From the NCBI GenBank assembly GCA_963747235.1, contig CAVVEU010000020.1, forward strand, positions 133,685 to 197,684: 64,000 bases of DNA, given 5' to 3'. Made by a program: the position numbers and the translations under genes. The DNA comes from an uncultured Candidatus Rokubacteria bacterium (GTDB lineage Bacteria > Methylomirabilota > Methylomirabilia > Rokubacteriales > CSP1-6). Positions 10,747 through 21,020 of this stretch are shown here, piece by piece; within the stretch, counting starts at the first letter, position 1, and every line of letters begins with the position of its first letter. A model generated the notes under the pieces. That model was not told the origin of the DNA. It did not search any database and worked only from the letters and a program-made list of their open reading frames with translations.

Positions 10747-12500
10747 TCACGGCCGGTTGGAATAGAGCCGCCGGCTTCCCCCCTCGACCAGGAGATGGAC
10801 GCGCTCGGCCGGCAGCTCGCGCACCACGCCCCGGGCGGGCGTGGCGGACGAGAGCAGGAAGACGCGCCGATCTCCCGCCCAGGCGCGCGCCAGCGCCGCG
10901 GTGTCCCAGAAGATCGACCGCGCCTCGGGAAAGGTCGAGCCGAACGCCAGGTTGGACTGCAGCCCGTTGACGATCTGCACCCGCCGATCCAGGCGCAGCA
11001 GCGCGGAGGCGCTGTTCTCGATGGGGCCCTCGTGGGCGAGCACGTCCCCCGGCCCCACGCGGAGCAGGACCGCGTCGGTCATCAGCCGCACCGAGCGGCT
11101 CTTGGCGAAGAGCGTGAGGCCTTCGACGGAGAGCGGCAGGAAGGCGATCATGGCGGCCAGCAGGGCGCCCAGGCCGAGCCGCGGGAGCCGGCGCCACGTC
11201 GCGACCGCGAGCGCCGCCGCCGTCAGCAGGAAGATCCCCGCGATGGGGGCGAAGAGCGGCCGGAACTGGGTCAGGAAATCGGAGGTCGCGGCCTGGCCCT
11301 GGGCGGCCATGTTCCGCGCGGAGACGTCGGCCACCGCGACCGCCTCCGGGGAGAGGCGCAGCCACCCCAGCCACGCGGCGACCGTCGCGCCGCCCAGCAG
11401 CGCCATCGCGAGCAGCGCGGGGACGAGCAGGCTGAAGGAGCGCGGGGCGCCCGGCGGGCGCTCGATGGCCTCGTCCCAGAGCTTGGCCACCAGCAGGGCC
11501 ATCGCGGGAAACGCGGGCAGGCCGTAGTGCGGGAGCTTGAAGGGCGACAGGGCGAAGACGCCCAGGATGCCGACCGTCCAGAGGGCGAGCAGCATCCAGA
11601 CCCGCGCTTCCGGCGTCTTCCACGGCCGCCGCCGAATCTCCCGGGCGACCGCGAGCGGCAGCGCGAGCACCCAGGGGAAGAAGCCGAGCGCGGTGACGCC
11701 GAGGAACTCGAGGGTGGACAGCGGCACGTCCTCGTCGGGGAACACGCGCTGGCGCGCGACGTTCAGCACGTGGTTGTCCACCACCGTGTACCAGAGGAAG
11801 CCGCGGTACTGCGCCTCGACCAGCAGGTGCCAGGGCACCGCGACCGCGAGCAGCAGCAGGAGCGCGGACAGCGGCGCCCACTGCCGCCACGACCCGCCCT
11901 CGCGGGTGAGCCAGAGGAAGAGCGCGACGATGGCGAGCGGGCCCACCGCGCCGAGGAAGTCCTTGGCCAGCACCGCCAGGCCCAGCCCGCCGTAGAAGAG
12001 GAGGAGCGGCCACCGGCCGCCGCCCAGGTACGCCAGGATGAAGCCGTAGAGGCCGAGGAGGATGCAGGCGACGAAGAGCATGTCCGGCTTGACCATGCGG
12101 CCGAAGAGGAAGACCTCGAGGTTGGCCGCGACCATCAGCCCCGCCATGAGCCCGACCCGCGCCGAAACGAGGCGGGCCCCGATGAGCGCGGTGAGCACCG
12201 CCACCGCGACGGTGGAGAGCGCGGAGACCAGGCGCGCCGCCGTCTCGGTGGGCCCGAGCCAGGCGAAGGCGCCCGCCATGAGCCAGTAGGGCAGCGGGGG
12301 CTTGTCGAAGTAGGGCACGCCGTTGAGATGCGGCGTGATCCAGCCCGCCCCGCGCAGCATCTCCCACGCGATCTCGGCGTGGATGCCTTCGGGCGGATCG
12401 AGGAAGGGCGCGGCGCCGAGACGCGCCACGTACAGCGCGGCGGTGACGATGAGGACGGCGAGCGGGACGGTCAGCAGACGCGGGCGCGCCGGGGCCTCAC
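10747..12500 (-). CDS. ArnT/PMT-family (GT39/GT83-like, GT-C) glycosyltransferase
   Basis: DPPEGIHAEIAWEM, PHLNGVPYFDKPPL, ARLVSA, LAKD, KLPHYGLP; ORF 10747..12429, start probably about 12500 across an indel. Confidence 0.85.
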
Positions 12501-13228
12501 CGGTCGACCCGGACCACCATATCCTGAGGAATCCGGCCCAGGAGATCGGTCACCGCGTCGTCGAGATAGCCGCGGTCCTTGGACTCCAGCGTGACCTTCA
12601 CCTTGTACTCCGGGTTGGAGAACTCGGGATACGAGCCCAGCAGCAGATCCGGATGGCCGGCGAGCAGCGCGTTCAGGTGGTCGGCGAGCGTCCCCTCCCC
12701 CATGCTCACGTACACGCAGCAGAGATGGAAGGGCGTGTCGCGGAAGCGCTCCTTGAGCGCGTCGAACTTCTGGCGGAAGATCTCGGGCACGCCGGGCAGG
12801 ATGTAGATGTTCCGCACCACCACCGCCGGGAACACCAGCTCGCCGTCCGCGGTCAGCTCCGCGCCCTCCGGCACCTCCGCCATCTTGAGCCGCGCCTCGT
12901 TGAGGCGGCCCTTGTAGTAGCCCTCGAGCAGGCGCACCAGCCGCGGCTCCCGGATCACCGGGACGTCGAGGGCACGGGCCACGCCCTCGATGGTCACGTC
13001 GTCGTGGGTGGGCCCCACGCCGCCGGAGGTGAACACCACGTCGAACGCGGCGCTGAAGGCGCGCACCTCGGCCGCGATGAGGTCCACCTCGTCGGGGATG
13101 ACGGTGATGCGGCGGACCTCGACGCCGAGCCCCCGCAGCTCGCGGCAGAGGTAGGCGGCGTTGGCGTCGGTGATCTTGCCCGAGAGGATCTCGTTGCCGA
13201 TCAACAGGATGCCGGCCGTCTTCGCCAT
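12497..13228 (-). CDS. CinA-like/molybdopterin-binding domain protein (COG1058)
   Basis: IGNEILSGKITDANA, TSGGVGPTHDDVT, LPGVP; no C-terminal PncC domain. Confidence 0.85.
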   Translation of the reverse strand: MAKTAGILLIGNEILSGKITDANAAYLCRELRGLGVEVRRITVIPDEVDLIAAEVRAFSAAFDVVFTSGGVGPTHDDVTIEGVARALDVPVIREPRLVRLLEGYYKGRLNEARLKMAEVPEGAELTADGELVFPAVVVRNIYILPGVPEIFRQKFDALKERFRDTPFHLCCVYVSMGEGTLADHLNALLAGHPDLLLGSYPEFSNPEYKVKVTLESKDRGYLDDAVTDLLGRIPQDMVVRVDR

Positions 13229-13312
13229 GGGCGAGGCACATCGTAGCATGCGGGGAGTTCTGATAGAATGGGTCGCGCTCCGACGGGCGACTCCCTCGCA
13301 GAGAGGAATGCC

Positions 13313-14132
13313 ATGACCACCGACGCCTCTCCGATCACGCTGCGCGGCTGGGCCCTGATCCTGGGCGCCTCCTCCGGCTTCGGCGCCGCCACGAGCCTGG
13401 CGCTCGCGCGGGCGGGGCTCGACGTGTTCGGCGTCCACCTCGACCGCAAGTCCACCTTGCCCAATGTCGAGCGCCTGGCCGCCGAGATCAAGAGCCTCGG
13501 GCGCGAGGCCCGCTTCTTCAACGTCAACGCGGCCGACGAGGAGAAGCGCGCCGAGGTCGCGACCGAGATGGAGCGGGTGCTCCGCGAGCGCAACCAGATG
13601 GGCCAGGTGCGGGTGATGCTGCATTCCCTCGCCTTCGGCACCCTCAAGCTCTTCGTGGCCGACCCGATGAAGGAAGCGGTGACCAAGGCGCAGATGGACA
13701 TGACGCTCGACGTGATGGCCCACAGCCTCATCTACTGGGCGCAGGAGCTGGTGGGGCGCGGCCTCATGGGCCGCGGCGGGCGCATCTACGCCATGACCTC
13801 GGCGGGCGGCGCGCGCGTGCTGCCCTACTACGGCCCGGTCTCCGCGGCCAAGGCCGCGCTCGAGTCGAACATCCGGCAGCTCGCGGCCGAGCTGGCTCCC
13901 GCACGGCGTCACCGCCAACTCCATCCGGGCCGGCGTGACCGCGACCCCCGCGGCCCAGAAGATCCCCAACTACGAGGAGTTCTCCCAGCAGGCCGCGCGG
14001 CGCAATCCGCATCGCCGGCTGACCACCACCGACGACGTGGCCCGCGCGATCGTCGTGCTGAGCCACCCCGACACGCACTGGATCACCGGCAACGTGATCG
14101 GCGTCGACGGCGGCGAAGAGATCGTGGGCTGA
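13313..14132 (+). CDS. SDR oxidoreductase, enoyl-ACP reductase (FabL/FabI)-like (frameshift near 13900)
   Basis: [22 protein letters not shown] (Yx6K spacing of enoyl reductases), [11 protein letters not shown]. Confidence 0.75.
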
Positions 14133-14139
14133 CCGGCCA

Positions 14140-14931
14140 GTGCCCGACTGGCTGGCCGTCACCATCCTGGGGATCATCGAGGGCGTGACCGAGTTCCTGC
14201 CCATCTCCTCGACCGGGCACCTGCTCCTGGTGGAGAACGCGGGATGGGTGCCGCGCCAGTCGGACCTCTTCAACATCACGATCCAGTCCGGCGCCGCCCT
14301 CGCGGTGCTGCTCGTCTTCGGCGGCCGCCTGCGCGATCTGCTGGGGCGGCTGCACGAGCCGGCGGCGCGGGCCTATCTCGCGCAAGCTCGCGCTGGCCTT
14401 CGCGATCACCGGCGTGGGCGGGCTCGTCATCAAGCGGCTCGGCTGGGCATTGCCGAAGGAGACGGCGCCGATCGCGTGGGCCACCCTGATCGGCGGCGTG
14501 GCGATCCTGGCGGTGGAATGGTCGCTCCGCTCGCGGCCGCTCGGTCTCGCAGGTGAGCTGGGCGATGGCGGTGCGCGGTCGGGCTGGGGCAGCTCCTCGC
14601 CGCCGTCTTCCCCGGGACGTCGCGCTCGGCCGCCACCATCCTGATCATCATGCTGCTCGGCCTGAGCCGGCCCGTCGCGACCGAGTTCTCGTTCCTGGTC
14701 GGCGTGCCCACCCTGCTCGCGGCGGGCGGCCTCGAGACGCTGCAGGCCCTCCGCCATCCCGTGGGCCCGCCGACCGACTGGGGACTCCTCGCGCTGGGCA
14801 CCGTGGTCTCCGCGGTGACCGCCTTCGTGGCGGTGCGGTGGCTGCTCCGCTGGATCCAGACGCACAGCTTCGTTCCGTTCGGGTGGTACCGGGTGGCTCT
14901 CGGTCTCGTCCTGCTGACCCGGCTCGGCTGA
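14140..14931 (+). CDS. uppP: Undecaprenyl-diphosphate phosphatase (frameshifted)
   Basis: [41 protein letters not shown]. Confidence 0.92.
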
Positions 14932-14959
14932 GCCGGCCTGACTGGAGGTAGTCGACGCG

Positions 14960-16450
14960 ATGGCGCACGACGTGGTGGTGATCGGCGGCGGCAATGCGGC
15001 TCTCTGCGCGGCGCTGGCCGCGCGCGAGGGCGGGGCCTCGGTGCTGGTGCTGGAGAAGGCGCCGGAGTCCGAGCGGGGCGGCAACTCCTTCTTCACCGCG
15101 GGCGGGTTCCGCTTCGCCCACCAGGGCCTCGAGGATCTCAGACGCGACGTCATCCCGGACCTGAGCGACGAGGAAGCGCGGACCATCACCATCCCCGCCT
15201 ACACCGAGGACCAGTACTACGACGACATCATGCGGGTGACCGAGGGCCGCTCCGATCTCGACCTGGCCCAGCACCTGGTGCAGCGCTCGAAGCCCACCGT
15301 GATGTGGATGCGCACCCAGGGGATCCGCTGGATCCTCATGTTCAGCCGCCAGTCCTACAAGGTGGGCGACCGCCATCACTTCTGGGGCGGGCTCAATCTC
15401 GAGGCGGTGGGCGGCGGGCCGGGCCTGGTCGAGGCGCTCTTCGAGCGGGCGGCCAAGGTGGGCATCGAGGTGCGCTACGGGGTGGCCGGGCACAAGCTGG
15501 TCCAGGACGGATCCGGGCGCGTGACCGGCGTGATGACGCGCAGCGCGGCGGGCTCGAGCGAGATCCCCTGCCGCGCGGTGGTCATCGCCTCGGGCGGCTT
15601 CGAGGCCAACCCGGAGTGGCGCACGCGCTACCTCGGGCCCAACTGGGACCTGGCGCGCGTGCGCGGCACCCGCCACAACGTGGGCGAGGGCATCGCGATG
15701 GCGCTCGAGATCGGCGCGCAGGCCTACGGCCACTGGTCGTCCTGCCACGCGGTGGCGTGGGATCTCAACGCGCCCGCCTTCGGCGACCGGCGCGTGGGCG
15801 ACATGTTCCAGAAGCACTCGTACCCGCTCGGGCTGATCGTCAACGTGCGCGGCGAGCGCTTCGTGGACGAGGGGGCGGACTTCCGCAACTACACCTACGC
15901 CAAGTACGGGCGCGAGATCCTGCGCCAGCCGCAGGAGGCCGCCTTCCAGATCTTCGACCAGAAGACGGTGGAGCTGCTGCGCGAGGAGTACCGCATCCGC
16001 GAGATCACCAAGGCGGAGGCCGGCACCATCGAGGAGCTGGCCAAGAAGCTCGAGGTGAACCCGGAGGGTCTCGCGCGTACCGTGCGCGATTTCAACGCGT
16101 CGGTCATGGACCAGGTGCCGTTCAACCCGGCGGTGCTCGACGGCCGCGGCACGCGCGGGATCACCCCGCCCAAGTCCAACTGGGCGCAGCGTCTCGACTC
16201 GCCTCCCTACGTGGGCTTCGGGGTGACCTGCGGCATCACCTTCACCTTCGGCGGCCTGCGCGTGGACACGCGCGGCCAGGTGCTCGACACCTGGGACCGG
16301 CCCATCCCGGGCCTCTACGCCGCGGGCGAGCTGGTGGGCGGGCTCTTCTACCACAACTACCCGGGCGGCACCGGCCTCATGTCGGGCGCCGTCTTCGGCA
16401 AGACCGCGGGCGACTCCGTCGCCACCGACCTGGGAGGGGTCAGGTCTTGA
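14960..16450 (+). CDS. tcuA: FAD-dependent tricarballylate dehydrogenase TcuA-like flavoprotein
   Basis: GGGNAALCAA, RGGNSFFTAG, SGGFEANPEWR, RFVDEGAD, GITFTFGG, NYPGGTGLMSGAVFG; intact ORF. Confidence 0.8.
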   Translation: MAHDVVVIGGGNAALCAALAAREGGASVLVLEKAPESERGGNSFFTAGGFRFAHQGLEDLRRDVIPDLSDEEARTITIPAYTEDQYYDDIMRVTEGRSDLDLAQHLVQRSKPTVMWMRTQGIRWILMFSRQSYKVGDRHHFWGGLNLEAVGGGPGLVEALFERAAKVGIEVRYGVAGHKLVQDGSGRVTGVMTRSAAGSSEIPCRAVVIASGGFEANPEWRTRYLGPNWDLARVRGTRHNVGEGIAMALEIGAQAYGHWSSCHAVAWDLNAPAFGDRRVGDMFQKHSYPLGLIVNVRGERFVDEGADFRNYTYAKYGREILRQPQEAAFQIFDQKTVELLREEYRIREITKAEAGTIEELAKKLEVNPEGLARTVRDFNASVMDQVPFNPAVLDGRGTRGITPPKSNWAQRLDSPPYVGFGVTCGITFTFGGLRVDTRGQVLDTWDRPIPGLYAAGELVGGLFYHNYPGGTGLMSGAVFGKTAGDSVATDLGGVRS

Positions 16451-16520
16451 ACTACGACATGTCCGGCGCGCCAGGATACGGCTTCCGCGGACAAATGTCG
16501 TAATTCAAGACCTGACCCCT
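16435..16520. repeat. Inverted-repeat (REP/REPIN- or MITE-like) element between convergent genes
   Basis: Arms aggggtcaggtcttgaactacgacat (16435-16460) and atgtcgtaattcaagacctgacccct (16495-16520) are 25/26 complementary. Confidence 0.85.
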
Positions 16521-17515
16521 TACGTGTCGTGCTTGGAGTGGCGGAGGATCTCGAGGAAGGTCTCGACGACGCGCGGGTCCCAGTAGCCCGCGTCGGTCTC
16601 GCGGATGAGCGTGGAGACCGCTTCCGAGCGCGGGAGGGCCGCCTTGTACGGGCGGTCGGTGTGTAGGGCGTCGAAGACGTCCACCACCGAGATGATGCGG
16701 GCGCCGAGCGGGATCGCCTCGCCCTTCAGCCCGTCGGGGTAGCCCGAGCCGTCCCATTTCTCGTGGTGGTGGCGCATGATCGGGCGGACCAGCTCCATGC
16801 TGCGCAGGCCCAGGACCAGGTCGGCGCCCGCGCCCGGATGCGCGCGGATCCGCTCGTACTCCATGGGATCGAGGGGCCCGGGCTTGAGCAGGATGCCGTC
16901 GGGCACCGAGATCTTGCCCAGGTCGTGCAGGTAGCCGCCCAGGCGCAGCGAGCGCACCATCTCCGGATCGAGCCCGAGCGCCTCACCCACCGCCACCGCG
17001 TAGCGCGACAGCCGGTCGCAGTGGCCGAGCGTGTACGGATCGCGCGCCTCGATGGTGAGCGCGAGCGTGGTGATCACCGCCTCGGCCCGCTCGAGCTGGC
17101 TCAGCAGCAGCCGGACCCGCAGCAGCGCGGCCAGGCGGGTGCGCAGCTCGACGAACGCCACCGGCTTGGTGAAGAAGTCGTCGGCGCCCGCGGCGAGCCC
17201 GGCCACCCGCCCCTCCAGGTCGCCGATCGCGGTGAGGATGACCACCGGCATCAGCTCGTAACGCGGATCGGCCTTGAGCCGGGCGCAGAGCTCGATGCCG
17301 CTCATGGCGCCCAGATGCACGTCGGTGAGCACCAGGTCCGGGCTCACCACGTTCAGCGCGTCGAGCGCCTGCTCGGCGGAGGCGGCCATGAGCAGCCGGT
17401 AGCCGAGCGTGGCGAGCAATGCGGAGAGGACGTCGCGGATATGCGGATCGTCCTCGACGACCAGGATCGTCGCCCGGTCGGGCGGCGAGGATTCGAGATC
17501 GAGGCTACCGCTCAT
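16520..17515 (-). CDS. Response regulator with HD-GYP c-di-GMP phosphodiesterase domain (RpfG-like)
   Basis: REC domain (ILVVEDD, DLVLTD, DDFFTKP) plus LHDLGK and HHEKWDGSGYPDGL. Confidence 0.92.
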   Translation of the reverse strand: MSGSLDLESSPPDRATILVVEDDPHIRDVLSALLATLGYRLLMAASAEQALDALNVVSPDLVLTDVHLGAMSGIELCARLKADPRYELMPVVILTAIGDLEGRVAGLAAGADDFFTKPVAFVELRTRLAALLRVRLLLSQLERAEAVITTLALTIEARDPYTLGHCDRLSRYAVAVGEALGLDPEMVRSLRLGGYLHDLGKISVPDGILLKPGPLDPMEYERIRAHPGAGADLVLGLRSMELVRPIMRHHHEKWDGSGYPDGLKGEAIPLGARIISVVDVFDALHTDRPYKAALPRSEAVSTLIRETDAGYWDPRVVETFLEILRHSKHDT

Positions 17516-18299
17516 CGAGTGCCCGCTCCATCCACGCCAGCACGTCCTTGAACGGCCGCTCCCAGCCCTCCTCCAGCATCAGCATGTGGGCGTGGCCGGC
17601 GGCTTCCTGGTACTCCGCGTGGTAGCGCGCGGCGATCCGGCGCTGGAGCGCGGCGGGCGTGATGCGGTCCCGCTCGGCGCCGACCACGAGCGTGGGACAC
17701 CGGAGCGCGGCGGCGTCCACCGCGAGGCCGCCCAGGGCCAGCTCGCGGGCGGCGCGCCCGGACTCCGCCCCGAAGCGCGGGAAGGCCCAGTCGCGCAGCT
17801 CGGGCGTGAGCCCGTTGAGGAACAGGAAGTCGGCGTGGGCGCGGCTCGCGGTGAAGGGGTGGCCGCCGAGCATGGCGGGCACGTAGCGGGCCATGCGCGA
17901 GAGCACCGGCCAGTCGATCGCGTTGATCCCGCGCGGCGGCGCGCTGGTGAGAAAGACCGCGGCCGCCACCCCGCCGCCCTCGGCGGCCTTCTGCGCGATC
18001 AGGCCGCCCATCGAGTGGCCGACGAGCACCGCCTCGCCGAGATGATCGAGGCAGCGCCTCACGTCCGCGACGTAGTCGGCGAGGCTCACGCCCCCGAGCC
18101 CGCCCGGCGCCGGGCTCGGGCCGTGCCCGCGCAGGTCGAGCGCCCAGGCGTCCCAGCCGGCCTGCGCGGCGCCGTAGAGGTAGTTCCGGAAGTACCAGCT
18201 CCCGCCCCACATGCCGTGGACGAAGAGGACGGAGCGGGAGCGCGGCCGTCCGGCGGGGGCGGCGTGCTCGAGGCTCAGGTCGCCGATGCGCTCGGTCAA
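17505..18299 (-). CDS. Alpha/beta hydrolase
   Basis: FVHGMWG, DLRGHG, nucleophile GHSMGG, GHAH; TTG start. Confidence 0.85.
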   Translation of the reverse strand: MTERIGDLSLEHAAPAGRPRSRSVLFVHGMWGGSWYFRNYLYGAAQAGWDAWALDLRGHGPSPAPGGLGGVSLADYVADVRRCLDHLGEAVLVGHSMGGLIAQKAAEGGGVAAAVFLTSAPPRGINAIDWPVLSRMARYVPAMLGGHPFTASRAHADFLFLNGLTPELRDWAFPRFGAESGRAARELALGGLAVDAAALRCPTLVVGAERDRITPAALQRRIAARYHAEYQEAAGHAHMLMLEEGWERPFKDVLAWMERALDER

Positions 18300-18342
18300 G
18301 GCGCGTATCTTACGCCAGGCGGAAGGCGTGCGGGCCGCGCGG

Positions 18343-19491
18343 TCAGGCCGCGGCGTTGAGGCGAACGGTCTCGACGAGGAGCCCGGCGGTGAGCACGAGA
18401 TCGCGGACGTCCACCCACTCGTTCACGGTGTGGATCTCGCGCATGCCGCAGGCCAGGTTGGCGATCTCGAGGCCGCGCTCCACGAAGACGTTCGCGTCCG
18501 AGCCGCCTCCGGTGCCCCGCGTGGCGCACGTGCGCCCCATCGCGCCGGCCGCGGACTGCACCAGGCGGACGATCGCGGCCTCGTCGCGGATGTCGAGCCG
18601 GCCGTACTGGCGATCGACCTGGACCTCCACGCGCGCCTGGTACTGCCGGTCGCCCACCTGCACGCGGTGGCGGGCCGCCGCCTCGTCGAAGCAGCGCCGC
18701 ATGTGCTCGGTCTGGGCCGCGAGCTTCTCCAGGCTCAGGCTCCGCGTCTCGCCCCGCACCATCACCGAGGCGGGCACGATGTTGCCGGCGAGCCCGCCCT
18801 GGATGACGCCGAGGTTCGCGGTGGTCTCCGCGTCCAGGCGACCGAGCTTCATCGCCGCGATCGCTTCCGACGCGATGCGGATCGCGCTCATCCCCTGCTC
18901 CGGGCAGATGCCCGCGTGGGCGGCCGAGGCCCTGCACGGTGAAGGTCATGCGATTGGCCGCGGGCGCGCGCGTGATCAGCTCGCAGACGCCGTCCACGTC
19001 CAGCACCAGGCCCCGCTTCGCGCGGAGGCGGCCCGTGTCGAAGTGCTTGGCCCCCAGCAGGCCCGTTCTCCTCGCAGATCGTGAGCACCACCTCGAGGTC
19101 GCCGTGCGGGATGCGGCCCTCGCGGAGGACGCGGATCGCCTCCAGGATCGCCACCACGCCCGCCTTGTCGTCGCCGCCCAGCACGCTGGTGCCGTCGGTG
19201 CGGATCACGTCGCCCTCGACCACGGGGTGGATCGCCTCGGCCGGGCCCACCGTGTCCATGTGGCCCGAGAGCAGGAAGGGCGCGGCGCCCGGCGTGTTGC
19301 CGGGGAAGCGCGCGAGCAGATTGCCGGTGTCGCCGCCGATCTTCTCCCCGGCCCCGTCCACCTCGACGCTCGCGCCCATGGCCTTGAGAATGCCTCTCGA
19401 GCCGCCGCGCGATCGTGCCCTCGCGCCGGGAGGGGCTCGAGATGGACACCAGCTCCAGAAACTCGTCCTTGAGTCTCGCCGCGTTGATCAT
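18343..19491 (-). CDS. M20-family peptidase T-like metallopeptidase (frameshifted)
   Basis: SGHMDTV, LGGDDKAG, TICEE, HAG, GGGSDAN, IHTVNE across ORFs 18976..19638, 18888..19379, 18296..19006 and 18343..18891. Confidence 0.88.
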
Positions 19492-20239
19492 CGGATCCTT
19501 CCTGTCGGTACGGGCCGGCCCGCGGGGGCCGCGAGGGGCAGATGGGCGAGCAGCCAGCGCCGGCTCTCCTCGACCGCTTCGCGGCGGTGCGCGGGATCGG
19601 TGAGGCGGTGATCGGCGCCCGCGATCACGTGCAGGCACCTGGGGTCGCGGGCGCGGTCGAAGAGGGCGCGCCCGTGCGCGGGCGGCACCACCTCGTCGCG
19701 GTCGGCCTGGATGACGAGGACGCGCGCGACGCCCGCGGGCGCCTCGGCCCGCAGGCCGCGCGTGACCTCGGCGACCAGGGCCGCGCCCGCCTCGCCCGGA
19801 TCGGCGTGGGCCAGCTCGCGGAGCGCGGCGGGCGCGTTCCAGGTCACGACCGGCAGCGACGTGCCCGGCGCGACGCGGCTCGCGGCCCAGAGGGCGACGT
19901 AGCCGCCGAGGCTCGAGCCCAGCAGCCCGAAGCGGCCGTCGAGCTCCGGCCGCGCGGCCAGATGATCCAGGACGGCTTCGAGATCGGCGATCCGCGTCTC
20001 GATGGTGGCGTCGCGCGGGAGCCCGGCGGACTCGCCGCTGCCCCGGAAGTCGAAGCGCGCGAGCGCGAGCCCGGCCGCGGGCAGCTCGCGGCCGAGCAGC
20101 AGGTACTTGTCGCTGTCCTTGGAGGCGCCCATGCCGTGACAGGCGATCACGCAGGGGCCGGGGAGACTGTCGTCGGGCAGGTGCAGCACGCCGACCACGT
20201 CGTCGGCGCCGACGGGCACCCTGAAGCGGGCTCGCTCAC
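19488..20239 (-). CDS. Alpha/beta hydrolase (OsmC-associated esterase type)
   Basis: ACHGMGASKD, RFDFRGSGES, GSSLGG, DEVVP, GADH; start approximate. Confidence 0.8.
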
Positions 20240-21020
20240 GCCCAGACGATGTCGAAGACGCGGCAGGTGTTGACGGAGAGCTGGTACATCGCCTCGTCCA
20301 CCGGGCAGCCGCTTGATCTTCGCCACTTCTTCCGCCACCCGCGCGACCAGCCACGGCCCCGAGGTGACGTCCTCGAACTCGCCCTGGTACTGCCAGGGCC
20401 CGTCGCTCTCGACGAGGAGCGACTCGATCGGCACGCGCTCGACCATCTCGCGGTCACGGTCGCGGTAGACCAGATCCGGCGTCACCGAGACGAGGTAGCC
20501 CGCGTCCACGATGTCGCGGGTCACCTCGGCCGAGGCCTTGTGCCAGTGGAACACCGCGCGCTCGACGCTCCGCGCGCTTGAGCGTCGCGAGCGCGTCCAC
20601 GGCCGCCCCGTGCGGCGCGTGGAGGATCACCGGCAGGTCGTAGCGGCAGGCCAGGTCGACCAGGCGCTCGAGGCGCTCGCGGGCCTCGCGGCGCACCGCG
20701 TCCGCGTCGTCGGCGGCGCCGAGGCCGTACCACGGCAGCCCGACCTCGCCGAGCGCGACCAGCCGCGCGTGGCTGGCGTGGATCTGCGCCTCCACCGCTC
20801 CAGGTCCTCGCGGGTGAGCTTCCACTCGGGATGGAAGCCCATCGCCGGCCACACCGCCTTGGCGTTGTCCGCGGGCGGCCTGCAGCGTGCGCTCGTTGGT
20901 GGCGTGGTCGCAGCCGACCGCGACCGCGCCCCACACGTCGTGCTCGGTCGCGCGGATGACGGTGCCGCGTACGTCCTCGAAGGCCGGGTCGTGCAGGTGG
21001 CAGTGGCTGTCGATGATCAT
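20236..21020 (-). CDS. TatD-family metal-dependent hydrolase/DNase (frameshifted)
   Basis: MIIDSHCHLH, GFHP, GEVGL, LPVILH, FHW, ESDGP. Confidence 0.85.

Noticed and set aside
16435-16520. CRISPR repeat or IS terminal repeats
   Set aside because: Only one inverted pair, no direct-repeat/spacer array, no cas or transposase gene and no clear target-site duplication.
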